Positions 41,045 through 51,603 of a stretch of DNA of 60,000 nucleotides are shown here, piece after piece. How positions within the stretch are numbered: position 1 is the first letter of the stretch; every line of letters begins with the position of its first letter. The position numbers and the translations under genes are program-made. Source of the stretch: Lytechinus pictus (Eukaryota). The notes under the pieces are model-generated. The model saw only the letters and a program-made list of their open reading frames with translations, had not been told where the DNA came from and ran no database searches. The stretch covers positions 44,642,001-44,702,000 of the forward strand of contig NC_087251.1 in NCBI RefSeq assembly GCF_037042905.1. The letters run 5' to 3'.

Positions 41045-42042
41045 CAGTGCGTATCAATAAAGTTTACTCTTTGTCTCTGAAAAAGTCCTGGGAATTGACA
41101 AATAGACAACATTGGGATAATTTTCTCACATTTCTATTCTTGGGTTTTGGTCTCATCTATCAAATGAAAGTAAAAAGTTTGACAGAATGATACACGTGAG
41201 TGAGCACTGTCCATTTTTGTAAAGCTCGCAGAAATATGTTTGTGCGGAAATGCTCTTTTTCACGCTGTGTCAAGGAAATAAGACGAAAACAAATTGACCG
41301 TGCTGTACATTTTGCATACGTTTCTATTGCATTTTTAGCCAACTGAAATAAAACAGATACATTTGAATATTTTATTAAAAAAATTGCCACCCACATAAAC
41401 ATTTTAACCCTAGGTAAGCACAACCTTTCACCCTTTTTTGTGCCAGCTGGATCTGGGGATACAACTGAATGTAAACAAAAGTTTATTTCAGACATCTCCA
41501 GCAATTTTTTACTAAGTTTTAATAATTCAATGTGGGTTTACATTTCTTATTTTATTTTATACTTGTTTCTCAACACTTTCCCAAGCTTGGCAATGACTAC
41601 AGAATGAAGATCAAGCCTAAGCCATTTTTTTTTATACAAAAGCTCCTTGTAAAGCAGATATCATCACAATGGTCTCGATGTGTATGAGTGTGGGGGGGGG
41701 GGGGCGCAATGCCGCTCTATGACATTTTTGGTCAAGGATACCCGTTAAAAAGGTAAAAGATCTCTTAAAATCAAACTTCCTAGCTAATGTCCATGTGTTC
41801 TTCATGATTAACGTATACTTTTATTCACAATACTATTCCCAATTTGTGCGCAAATCATTTTTCACGAACTTTTTTAAAAGTAAGCGGTGCTCACTCAAGC
41901 GGAAAGATTTTTCGACGGTTATATCTTCATTTGCTTAAAGAGATCTGTACCAATGTCTAAGTGTGGAAAAAACTTCAGGATATTACAAATAAATAACTTT
42001 ACATGATAATTTCTAAGTGTAAACCTTTTTTTATACGCTATG
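41045..42042. mobile_element. Degenerate Tc1/mariner-like non-autonomous element
   Basis: Ends cagtgcgtatcaataaagtttac / gtaaacctttttttatacgct, similar to the 36393 family. Confidence 0.5.
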
Positions 42043-42962
42043 CGCTCATCAGCGTTTAGACTATAGAGAAGGGTAATGATAACATGTTATGTTGTATGAA
42101 TAAATTCTCTGTGTTATAGAAAGCGTCTGCGAAGAGATTGCTCAAACGCCCCATAATGATTATGAGCGGAAATGGTATATATTGGAAACCTTATCGGCCT
42201 TATACCAGTAGGGCCTTAGCCTTTTTGGGGGCATTCCGAGCTAAAAGCCTTTAAAGTTTTTCCATTTTTTATATATTGTAAAATTTGTGTCCTTTTCTTC
42301 GTTTCTGAATTCAATCTCGACACATGAGTTTAATTAATATGTTTTACACAATGTTAATTCAACTTCTGTGTCGAGATTGAATTGATATGTTTTACACAAT
42401 ACAGTATCAAATATTTTGATGAAAGATCAAAATATTTAGTTTCGTATGCATAAAACGTGTTAAGGACTTTTCGGCATATCGTTAAATGGACGCGTATATA
42501 TGCCAAAAGGGCTGTAACCGAAGCATCATTGGGTACAATGTCGCCCTATTTAAGGCCCTTTAACATATTTAGGGCAGACGGAAAAGCCGGGATACTCGTT
42601 TAGGGCTTTATGGAATTCATAATCATTTTGATAATTAAAACGAATTTTGACAAATTAAGGACATCATTTTAAAAAGCATGTCAAGATGTACACGATGATA
42701 TAAATATCTCAAATCACCCCAAAATTTGGTCTAGGCTCTTTTGGCATGAGGCCGACGATATGAATTGAAACGGAAGGGGATCAAGGAAATCTCAATGTAT
42801 ACTCGTTAGAAATGTTCATCTTTTACAAACGATACTCTCCGCGATACCCATTAGAGATGGATGCTAATGCGTTTATTTCTATTTTACACATATGTGTACA
42901 TGCATACATAGATCTAAATCACCCGGCGCTACAAGGACATTCTTTGTCATGCAGGCCTGCAT

Positions 42963-43238
42963 GGGCCCCATCTTACAAAGAGTTGCGATTGATCTGATCA
43001 ATCGCAAGTATGGAAAGCCAGCAAAGTCAACGTACAAAATGCAGGGTTTTTTTAAAGATGTTTTCGAGATAAGATGCATACTCACACAGCCAACGATGTC
43101 TTGGCCATTCAGTGTGCTTCTTTTTGTTTACAAAGGACATTGTGCAAATTTCCTGCAGAAAATAAATTATGATGTGGATGGACTTCCATATAGTTGTGGT
43201 TAATTGGATCAATCGTAACTCTTTGTAAGACGGGGCCC
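42963..43238. mobile_element. Harbinger-like MITE
   Basis: TIR gggccccatcttacaaagagttgcgattgatc / gatcaatcgtaactctttgtaagacggggccc. Confidence 0.85.
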
Positions 43239-43747
43239 TGATGTGCCTTGCACCCTAAAGTTGAAATATAGTGATAAGAGTGATAAGCCAGATGGAATAT
43301 CACCATACTTGGTTTTACCATATTCATCGTATCAAATAGGTATTTGGATGGACTTCGCATTTTAACTACTGCTCATCATTCCACGATCGAAATAAGACAT
43401 GTTTCTTTGTTATCGATCTCATACTTATATTATCATAATAATGCAAACAATGTTTTGGAATAATGTTTTTTTTCATGACGTGCTGTAGTATCTCAAGCGT
43501 AAAATGTACATTTCAATCATCATTACTCCGCAAACTATGCAGTCTATACCATGATTTTAATAATACGTTTAGTTAAGTTGATATTGATATTCATAAGACG
43601 CATGAGTAGGCCAAGTATCAGGAATATAATATATATATTTATAAAAGAAGAGGGCCCTTTGCATAACGTGTATTACAGCGCGTCATGTTCTATGTACACT
43701 TGTAAATAATTCAGCATCAACGCAAGACGTAGCTTCCATGTATCTCT

Positions 43748-43792
43748 TTATTACAAGCTTTCGGCCAATGGGGCCTTCATCAGGCCTATAAT
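43748..43792 (-). ncRNA. Minimal type I hammerhead ribozyme motif (family A, inverted copy)
   Basis: On -: gc CUGAUGA a ggcc-ccauu-ggcc GAAA gcuu gu. Confidence 0.78.
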
Positions 43793-44384
43793 GCATTGAA
43801 ACAAACAGAACAAACCATACAAATAAGGTCGAAATAACAAAGTAAATGTGTAACAAAGGGTACAGAACAGAAGGGTTACACTAAGATAACAAAAATAACA
43901 GAAATTAACAACAGAGGGGGTTGAGTACAGAACAGAAGGATTATAGTAAGATAACAAAAAATAACAACAGAGGGGGTAATGACTTGAACCCAAATACAAG
44001 ATACAATATTGAAACGAGTTATCATTTTACTTGAAACATTATCCTCATTTTTTCACAGTATTACCTACACAAGACTCACTACTCCTCCTGATGAACAGAA
44101 TCCCAAGTTAATTTCAATGCCGGTAAATACCTTGTCCTTTCACACACTTAAGTTTCCCAATCGTTTCTATTGTATTCCACCATCTCGTTCAAGTCATTAC
44201 CCCCTCTGTTGTTATTTTTTGTTATCTTACTATAATCCTTCTGTTCTGTACTCAACCCACTCTGTTGTTAATTTCTGTTATTTTTGTTATCTTAGTGTAA
44301 CCCTTCTGTTCTGTACCCTTTGTTACACATTTACTTTGTTATTTCGACCTTATTTGTATGGTTTGTTCTGTTTGTTTCAATGCA

Positions 44385-44428
44385 TTATAGGCCTGATGAA
44401 GGCCCCATTGGCCGAAAGCTTGTAATAA
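44385..44428 (+). ncRNA. Minimal type I hammerhead ribozyme motif (family A)
   Basis: CUGAUGA 44393-44399, stem II ggcc/ggcc, GAAA 44414-44417, palindromic AGCU in place of helix III; predicted cleavage after 44421. Confidence 0.8.
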
Positions 44429-44474
44429 AGAGATACATGGAAGCTACGTCTTGCGTTGATGCTGAATTATTTAC

Positions 44475-44476
<2 letters not shown>

Positions 44477-44506
<30 letters not shown>
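44477..44506. repeat. (TA)n tract between two tail-to-tail PLE ends
   Basis: Read directly from the sequence. Confidence 0.95.
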
Positions 44507-44508
<2 letters not shown>

Positions 44509-44556
44509 GAGATCAAGTGTATGGAGAGGGCCGTAGCAAGGTCAATACCTGTCTTC

Positions 44557-44590
44557 ATCAAGCTTTCGGGCACATGCCCTTCATCAGGAT
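44557..44590 (-). ncRNA. Minimal type I hammerhead ribozyme motif (family B) in the 3' pLTR
   Basis: On -: auc CUGAUGA a gggc-augu-gccc GAAA gcuu gau; stem I auc/gau. Confidence 0.82.
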
Positions 44591-44840
44591 CTAAACCAAT
44601 AAAATACAAAATATAGGCCTACTAATAACAATGGTAAATACAATACAATGCAATACATAACGGAGATAAGTAATTGTAGTCCATAAATAATAACCAATTA
44701 TACATGCAAGGTAATGGTAAGTCAATATGTAACGAAGTATAGAATATATAGTTACCGTAGGGTCCGTAAGTATAGTGTGTTGTTTATAGTAAAGTTAAGT
44801 GTGAAGTGAGGTCAGGTCATTATAGGGTGAAGAGGGTCGT

Positions 44841-45989
44841 TTATTGGTCGGCGTTTATACCACGTGGTCTTAATGTTTTGAGTTTGTGTATCCAATGAGA
44901 TTCCCTTTTCATGATGGTGTCGTGTTTCTTGTTTTTTACTATTTCGATGGCAGTGATGTTAATGTTGTGTACTGTATGCCCGGGAAGGTTGAAATGTATG
45001 GTGTACGGGAGGGTTTTGCTGTTGGGTTTGTTTTTGTTGTAATTGGTTACTTCTGATCTAGTGTTATTTAGTCGTGTGTATAGTGTTGTTTCAGTCTTTC
45101 CGACGTATTGCATGTTGCATTTAGTGCATGTTAGGAGGTAGATGACCCATGAGGATTTGCAGTTTATGTGATCGCGTATGTTGAATTTTTGTCCAGTGAC
45201 TGAACTTGTGAATGTCGTTGTTTCTTGGATGTGATAGTGGAGTGAACATTTTTTTGCTTTGCATTTGTAGAACCCTAGTTCTAGTGTTGACATGTCTGTG
45301 ATAAAGGTGCATGTCGTGTCACTGGTGTTATGATTATTTGTTTGGTTGTTTCTGTTGTGATTTTCTGTTTCCATTTGTGGTGATTTAGCGTTTACTAGTA
45401 AGTCGCGTAGTGATCTATTTCGGCGGAAGGATGTCATCGGGGCTCTGTGAAAGATGGTTTTCAGTGTGTCACTCTGTTCGATGAGTGGATAATGTTTATG
45501 GATGATGGAGGGTATTGTTGATGTGCCTGGTGTGTATGTGACAGAGAAGTGGATATTCGTAGAAGTTTGTTTCTTGTTTTTGATGAGAAGTTGTTCTCGA
45601 GGTATGATGGAGGCTTTTTGGATCTGTTCCGTTACCAAAGTGGTGTCGTACTGACGGCGTGTGAGGTGTGTCTCTAGTTTGGTCAGATGGTACTTTGTAC
45701 TGTCATCACCAGAGCAAATTCGTCTAACGCGGGTTGCTTGACTGAATGGTATACTGCGGAAGGTGTGTTTCGGGTGGCAAGAAGTTGGTAGAAGATAACT
45801 GTGTGAATCTGTCGGCTTGTTGTATAGTTCTGTATGAAGTGTGCCATTTTTTAGTTGAAGGAGTGTGTCGAGAAAGCAGACTTCTGAATTTGAGGATTCG
45901 AATGTGTATTTTATAGTGGAATGTCTAGTGTTGATGGTGTCCTGGAATTTCGCAAGAAGTCTAGGAGAGCCAGACCACATGAACTGTAT
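44841..45989 (-). CDS. PLE polyprotein C-terminal half: RT palm/thumb, Cys-rich linker and GIY-YIG endonuclease (uninterrupted but 5'-truncated; the ATG at 45980 is internal)
   Basis: FLDTLL…[12 protein letters not shown]…[24 protein letters not shown] (PLE RT); linker [24 protein letters not shown]…R…RESHWI…GIN. Confidence 0.93.
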   Translation of the reverse strand: MQFMWSGSPRLLAKFQDTINTRHSTIKYTFESSNSEVCFLDTLLQLKNGTLHTELYNKPTDSHSYLLPTSCHPKHTFRSIPFSQATRVRRICSGDDSTKYHLTKLETHLTRRQYDTTLVTEQIQKASIIPREQLLIKNKKQTSTNIHFSVTYTPGTSTIPSIIHKHYPLIEQSDTLKTIFHRAPMTSFRRNRSLRDLLVNAKSPQMETENHNRNNQTNNHNTSDTTCTFITDMSTLELGFYKCKAKKCSLHYHIQETTTFTSSVTGQKFNIRDHINCKSSWVIYLLTCTKCNMQYVGKTETTLYTRLNNTRSEVTNYNKNKPNSKTLPYTIHFNLPGHTVHNINITAIEIVKNKKHDTIMKRESHWIHKLKTLRPRGINADQ

Positions 45990-46108
45990 ATGTGCCCGAA
46001 AGCTTGATGAAGACAGGTATTGACCTTGCTACGGCCCTCTCCATACACTTGATCTCGAATATAATTATGAAGGAGACCCGTACACGTACATCGCCAAGAT
46101 TGATCACA

Positions 46109-46110
<2 letters not shown>

Positions 46111-46202
<92 letters not shown>

Positions 46203-46203
46203 A

Positions 46204-46245
<42 letters not shown>
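46111..46245. repeat. Long interrupted (TA)n microsatellite
   Basis: Read directly from the sequence. Confidence 0.95.
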
Positions 46246-46249
<4 letters not shown>

Positions 46250-46554
46250 ACGCATGCACATTACAACGATTTTTTAAAAATGTTTATAAATCATAAGGTA
46301 GCAAGATGAGAGTGAAAACTATTTGTGATAAAGCAGAAAATCGAAAAGGACAAACTGCACTCCGAATAGAAAGGTCAATGCGTGCGCATACACTCACACG
46401 CACAAACACGCGCCCGCACACACACACCCACACACACACACACATGGGTTATTTATATGACGATATTACATTCCGCGTGTTAGACATAGATGAGACAAAA
46501 GAGACAAAGAAGTAATGCATTGCAGTTCCAACAAAGTTTATTTCCAAGTATTCT

Positions 46555-46593
46555 CCAAATTTTCGACGTAAACCTTGCAAGTCTTCGTCAGGG
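46555..46593 (-). ncRNA. Degenerate minimal hammerhead motif (family C, left arm)
   Basis: On -: cc CUGACGA a gac…guc GAAA auuu gg; stem II partly eroded. Confidence 0.55.
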
Positions 46594-46608
46594 ATACAAA
46601 GCTCACAG

Positions 46609-46647
46609 TCCCTGACGAAGACGTGAGGTTCACGTCGAAAAATTGGA
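46609..46647 (+). ncRNA. Minimal hammerhead motif (family C, right arm)
   Basis: CUGACGA 46612-46618, 7-bp stem II gacguga/ucacguc, GAAA 46637-46640, then aauu gg. Confidence 0.68.
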
Positions 46648-48104
46648 GAATACTTGGAAATAAACTTTGTTGGAACTGCAATGCATAACTTCTTTGTCTC
46701 TGTTATATTTATATGAATATATGAGTATTTTTTCATATTTATATGAATTTATGATACTTATATAGGTTATAATTCATTTTCCATGTTTTTTTTTTGCAGG
46801 AGTTTCTGCATTTTATTCATGAATCAATAACAAATGAAAAAATTGATACAATAATATAAATGAGTACATTTTTGTGTGACAATAAAAAATATAAATAATG
46901 TATAAAACTGAAAACTACATAGATAAAGCTTGTAAAATAGTAAAGTGGGTACAAAATGCAGGGGCCAGCTATAATAAGCAGGTAACTGCTTGAAACAATA
47001 GCAGCCATGAGGGTTCTGTTTGATGTAATAAATTTAACGAACACATCAATAATAGCTTGCAATATCTCGTCTTAATCAAATTCTTCCTACTAGATTTAAG
47101 GAGAGTTGATTTTGACAATTTGTTTCATGTCCTATTTATCAATTTTACCTTTTTAATTCCATTTCTACACGTATCTATATAATATCGCCTGTGTTTATTT
47201 TGTAAATACAAAATGCGAAAGACTGGAGTATGATTAATATTGAAGCAATCTCAGTCGTAGACTTCAGCAACGCCATAATAAATCATGGAATCATAAGGTG
47301 TGTTTCCAAGTGTAACCAATCAAATGTCCTCCCTTGTTGATAAAGAGTGCATAATCAAAATTACATTTCATGCAAGGCGTGACTGCATATTGAGATCCTT
47401 TTGAATCAATATTGCATGTAATTTTCAAATAGGTCAGGTTGCAATTGTGAGCAACTCCGCGGTCAAGATTTACACATGATTTTTATGCACTGCATTTCTC
47501 TGATATACATTGATAACTTATCATTGATAACTATCAGAATGATCATCAAATATTCATTTATGTCTACCCCGCCTTGTTACAACTATGAATGTTAAAGAAT
47601 ACAAAATAGGAGCCATGAAAATGGTCTAATTCTATTTATATGACAGCGTATCTCCACACAAAAGTCTGCTTTCTGGGTTTTACGCCTTCATCCATAAACA
47701 TAATTTGAATACTATGTTCACATTCATTGTTTTGTACTATGATATTGATGCGTATACATTATAATAAGAAATAGATGAAATGTCAACTTGAAAAAAATAA
47801 ATGTTAACTTAAATATACTAACGCACGTTGATCCATATGTTTGCATGTGAGTGATTGCGTGGGTTTTTGATTGTGAGCGTGAGTAGTTATGCGTGAGGGT
47901 GTGTATAATCGTGTGAGTCTTTTCCTAACGTGTATCACGTAGATGAAATTATTTACGTCTGGGACCGTCCTATCACCTCACCATCTGAAAAAAACCTGAC
48001 ATGAGGATCGAACCCGGAACCTTCATCAGCTCCTAGCATCCACAACAGTTTTATCCTCCAATGTATACCCTTCTCTGGTATTTTCACATCTACTTTAGAT
48101 TGGG

Positions 48105-48310
48105 TTAATAAATTGTGTTTTCCTTCTGCAAGAAATTTACCCACATGGTGCTGCACTCAACCCAGGTCTTTTAAATGGGTACCGGCAGGAAGTTATTCCT
48201 GAAAAAAACTGTGATCAGCAGAAACGGTATATAGACTAGCTTAGCCATAGTAATCTAGGAGCGCCTCGAGCACCTAACAAGGTGGACACGTGCACTTTAT
48301 ATACATCTGC
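48105..48310 (+). mobile_element. Degraded SINE body; a tRNA-like head fragment lies on - at about 47995-48040
   Basis: gctgcactcaacccagg…aaatgggtaccggcagg, as in the 2525 SINE. Confidence 0.6.
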
Positions 48311-49166
48311 TATTTTGATTTAATATGTGATTTAAAGCACTCAATCCCATCCCTATTAAAAACCACTCTCAACTAATGTTACCACGGCGTCAGTCACTGG
48401 TGAAGAGTCAACAAAATTGAGGTGGCAAACCCTTATGCACGGTGGGGGGGGGGGGGGGTCTCAAACGAGCGAGCGAGCCAACAAAACTAATGAAGACATT
48501 TTTTGGAAAAAAATAAAATCTAATTTATGAGTCAAAGGTAATATCCCATGCTTTACTGTTTCCCTTTCAATTCTCAAAATTTTCTGGTGTTTTCTTTCTT
48601 CTCTCTCTCTCTCTAGTTTGTGGATCTTCAGGTATGGGGCAACGGCCCTAAGCCCCCCCCCCTTCTATATGAAAATTGTGTCGGTCATTCTCGGGCGGAG
48701 AGTAGTTTTGAACAGTGTTAATGTTCTACGCTTTGTGTGATGCGAGTGCCTTTCAAATCAAGCCATTCAGTCTAAAATGCACATTACATAATTTTGGCAT
48801 GTCCAAAAATTACCTCAACACATTTATACCGTTTTCATAATTATGTTCTATTTTGATTGCGCAACGATGGCAAAGTCTGATACCATTACATCAGCTTTCT
48901 AAACGTAGCGAAAATTTAAATGTGGCAATCTTTCGCATTTACCTCTAAGCCTATGGACACAGGAGAATACTCATTTGTCCATATATTAACATCTACTAAA
49001 ATGTGAAATCTTCTCAGATTGACATTAGTGGTTTTAATAAAACTCTTGTAAATTGTTCTTCGTAATCAAGTTTAGCTTTATCGTCATTTTAGTCGAATAC
49101 GTAACAAAGGTTAAATGTGGTTGAATGGGACTCGATCAGACCTCGACACAGTTTTTTGGAGACTAG

Positions 49167-49228
<62 letters not shown>
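49167..49228. repeat. (TA)n microsatellite
   Basis: Read directly from the sequence. Confidence 0.95.
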
Positions 49229-51008
49229 CGAGACTTTTCACCACATGTACTTGGAAATGTATTTCGGTTACTCAGATCAATGCTACTGACTGCACTGTCT
49301 GTGGCGCCCAAAATAGCCCAAAAAGTCCCGAGGCAAATTTAATTAGTGAACTCGTCTGACAGTCAACAAAGTTACACATATTCCTCTCCTAGCAGCTCCT
49401 GTGTTAAAACTTAAATCAAAAGCATTTCATTTTTAAGGTGTTATAATTCATTTACCATTCGAAAATACTCATACACGCGCGCGTGCACACACACACACCC
49501 ACACACTTCCACACCCTTCAACATAAACATATCATCACACGCACTCTCACTTCTTCCCTAAACACAAGTTCGAATGTTTTATCACTATGTGAGGCGTTCT
49601 ATTATGATAAACGTATTTGACATTCATTGCCATACACACATGAACATATCTGATACCCCAAACACGTTCTTTATACATTATACAGGTAATAAATCAAATG
49701 AAACACATTTTAAAATTGATTAAAAAAAGATCGAGGCAATGAATATATTTCAAAAGACGACACAGCGGTAAATTCAAAAGTTTGCAAAAATATCATCCTC
49801 GATTAAAGTGTTCAAGCTCTGGTTAAAAATACGTCATTTCGGCGCCTTTTGGAACATGCGTCAATAATCTTCCATTCAATAAAAAAAAGATTGACTTCGG
49901 GGTAAATCATCAGATTTAGGACGCTCTCCAGAATTCCATGAGTACATTTAACCTCAAATTGATATGCAGTGATTTCTTTCGATCAGAGTATAGATGTGTG
50001 TGATCTTCAGTGAAGATTACTTTCCCTGGTATGGCAGTAATCCTAATGAAATCGACCCCCCCAAAAAAAAAAAAAGAGGAAAGAATAACGTCATATTTAT
50101 TGCTCTGCAGTCCGTTTAATAATAGTAATACTGATAATGAACAATAATAATCCGCTTTTATGTACATCGGGACGACACGTCTCTGAACATTTTAAAGAGT
50201 AAATTATTTTCAAGGTAATTGGATCCTGGCATGCCTGCACACAATGTAGGCACTTTCTCCACTCCCTGGGGAAGATTCCAGCAATAGTTCCCAAACTTAA
50301 TTGCCATGCATCATATGCGGCTGCAATGCGGCGATCCGAGGGAAGAGGGGCGTGCTCCTAATAACCTCGAATTTCAAATTTGGTATAGCAGCCTGTATGG
50401 AAGAGGGTCATCACGCTCCCCCCCCCCAACCCGGGAAAAAATATCTTCGATTGTAGTTCTGATTGGGTTCAGAAGTTCGTAATAAGGATTGAATCGTCTC
50501 CATTGGAATATGAAATAATATACACAAACCCTATTCTATCTTCATATCTACTTATGATTTGATTCTGTATTTCCGCGATATCAAATCATGAAATGAAATT
50601 ATGAAACGCGAATAATACGCTTCATTTGAATAATTACAAGAGACACACTCGGTTGAATATTATACACAATCAAATCAAACTCGTTTGGGTGATGAAGAAA
50701 AACAAACAAAATTCATTCTAATTGCCGATGGCCACCTCAAGATAGGGTTGAGTTCAGCTTGGAGACACCCCACCTAACTCGGGCCTCATCCTGCGAGGTA
50801 TTGTATGTTAGTCAAGAGGTTCGCTCGGGGATCGCTCGCTCGGACTGTTCATTTTTCAAGGGGTGTAAAAAAAGGGACGGGAAAGAAGGTGAGTTTGTTG
50901 AGAAAGAAAGGGAGAGGGAAGGAGAGCTGTTCTTCTTCCCTAGTCATCTTCTCCACTCCACCTATGATGGAGGAAGCATAGAATTATGATACAATTTAAA
51001 GCTCTTAA

Positions 51009-51603
51009 AGGGGAATCCAGCCTTGGCCATAAAATGTTGTGTTTGGAAGGAGAAAAATAAATAAAAAAGAATGGTGAAAATTTAAAAGAAATCGGTCAAG
51101 CAATATGAAAGTTATAGCTGCTTTAAAATTGAGATCACTATTAGTATGTAGATTTCAAATTGGCAACTGGGTAAGTACATTATGACAGGGGGCAAGGACA
51201 ACTTTCCCATAGGCCATGTACTTTATTATCAGGGATTTGTTTTTTTTTTCTAAGTACCCATTCTCCTGGGGCAGTGATCTAAATATAACCCAGGTAGTAT
51301 ATTGTTTAATGTCCTCATGAAAGAAAAATATAATTTGAAATAAAACTTTTGGGAAAAATGACATTTTAGCCATAATATGTATTGGAGTACACGGAAGAGT
51401 AGTCCTTGCCTTACATCACTATGACATCCCATATGCGGCCAATCTGAAGTTTCCATGAGTATAGTGATTACCAATATTTACAACTTTTAAAAATTCATAA
51501 CCTTCTTGTTATTTGTCCAATATTGTTCAAACTTTCACCTATCAACTTGTCTGATTTATCTTTTTCTATTAAAAACAAGTTTTTATTTGGGTTGGATTCC
51601 GCT
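51009..51603. mobile_element. Kolobok-like non-autonomous element
   Basis: TTAA|aggggaatccagcc … ggttggattccgct|TTAA. Confidence 0.75.

Larger units (their letters stand above)
43700..44476 (+). mobile_element. PLE remnant A: inverted pair of 290-bp pseudo-LTRs (43700-43989 / 44187-44476), no ORF
   Basis: Arms differ at one position by my read. Each carries a hammerhead motif followed by AATAAA; the 3' end abuts (TA)n. Confidence 0.8.
44503..46109 (-). mobile_element. 5'-truncated Penelope-like retrotransposon B (Neptune-like) with 3' pLTR and inverted partial pLTR (45990-46063) plus a 47-bp extension
   Basis: RT-thumb + GIY-YIG ORF; 45990-46063 is the reverse complement of 44502-44575; bounded by (TA)n on both sides. 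Confidence 0.92.
46500..46701. mobile_element. PLE remnant C: inverted pair of about 94-bp pLTR ends (46500-46594 / 46609-46701)
   Basis: Inverted arms with a 14-bp spacer, each with a hammerhead-like motif followed by AATAAA. Confidence 0.7.

Noticed and set aside
44088..44120. Additional ctgatga at 44088 (and on - at about 48023-48029) as hammerheads
   Set aside because: No stem II followed by GAAA.
45911..46309. ORFs rich in IY repeats (also at 49111-49359 and 59690-59905; poly-I at 11236 and 25510)
   Set aside because: Translations of microsatellites.
11138..46701. Functional link between TRPT1 (RNA 2'-phosphate removal) and the hammerhead cluster
   Set aside because: They are 26 kb apart in a eukaryote, the ribozymes belong to recent mobile insertions, and nothing indicates coupling.
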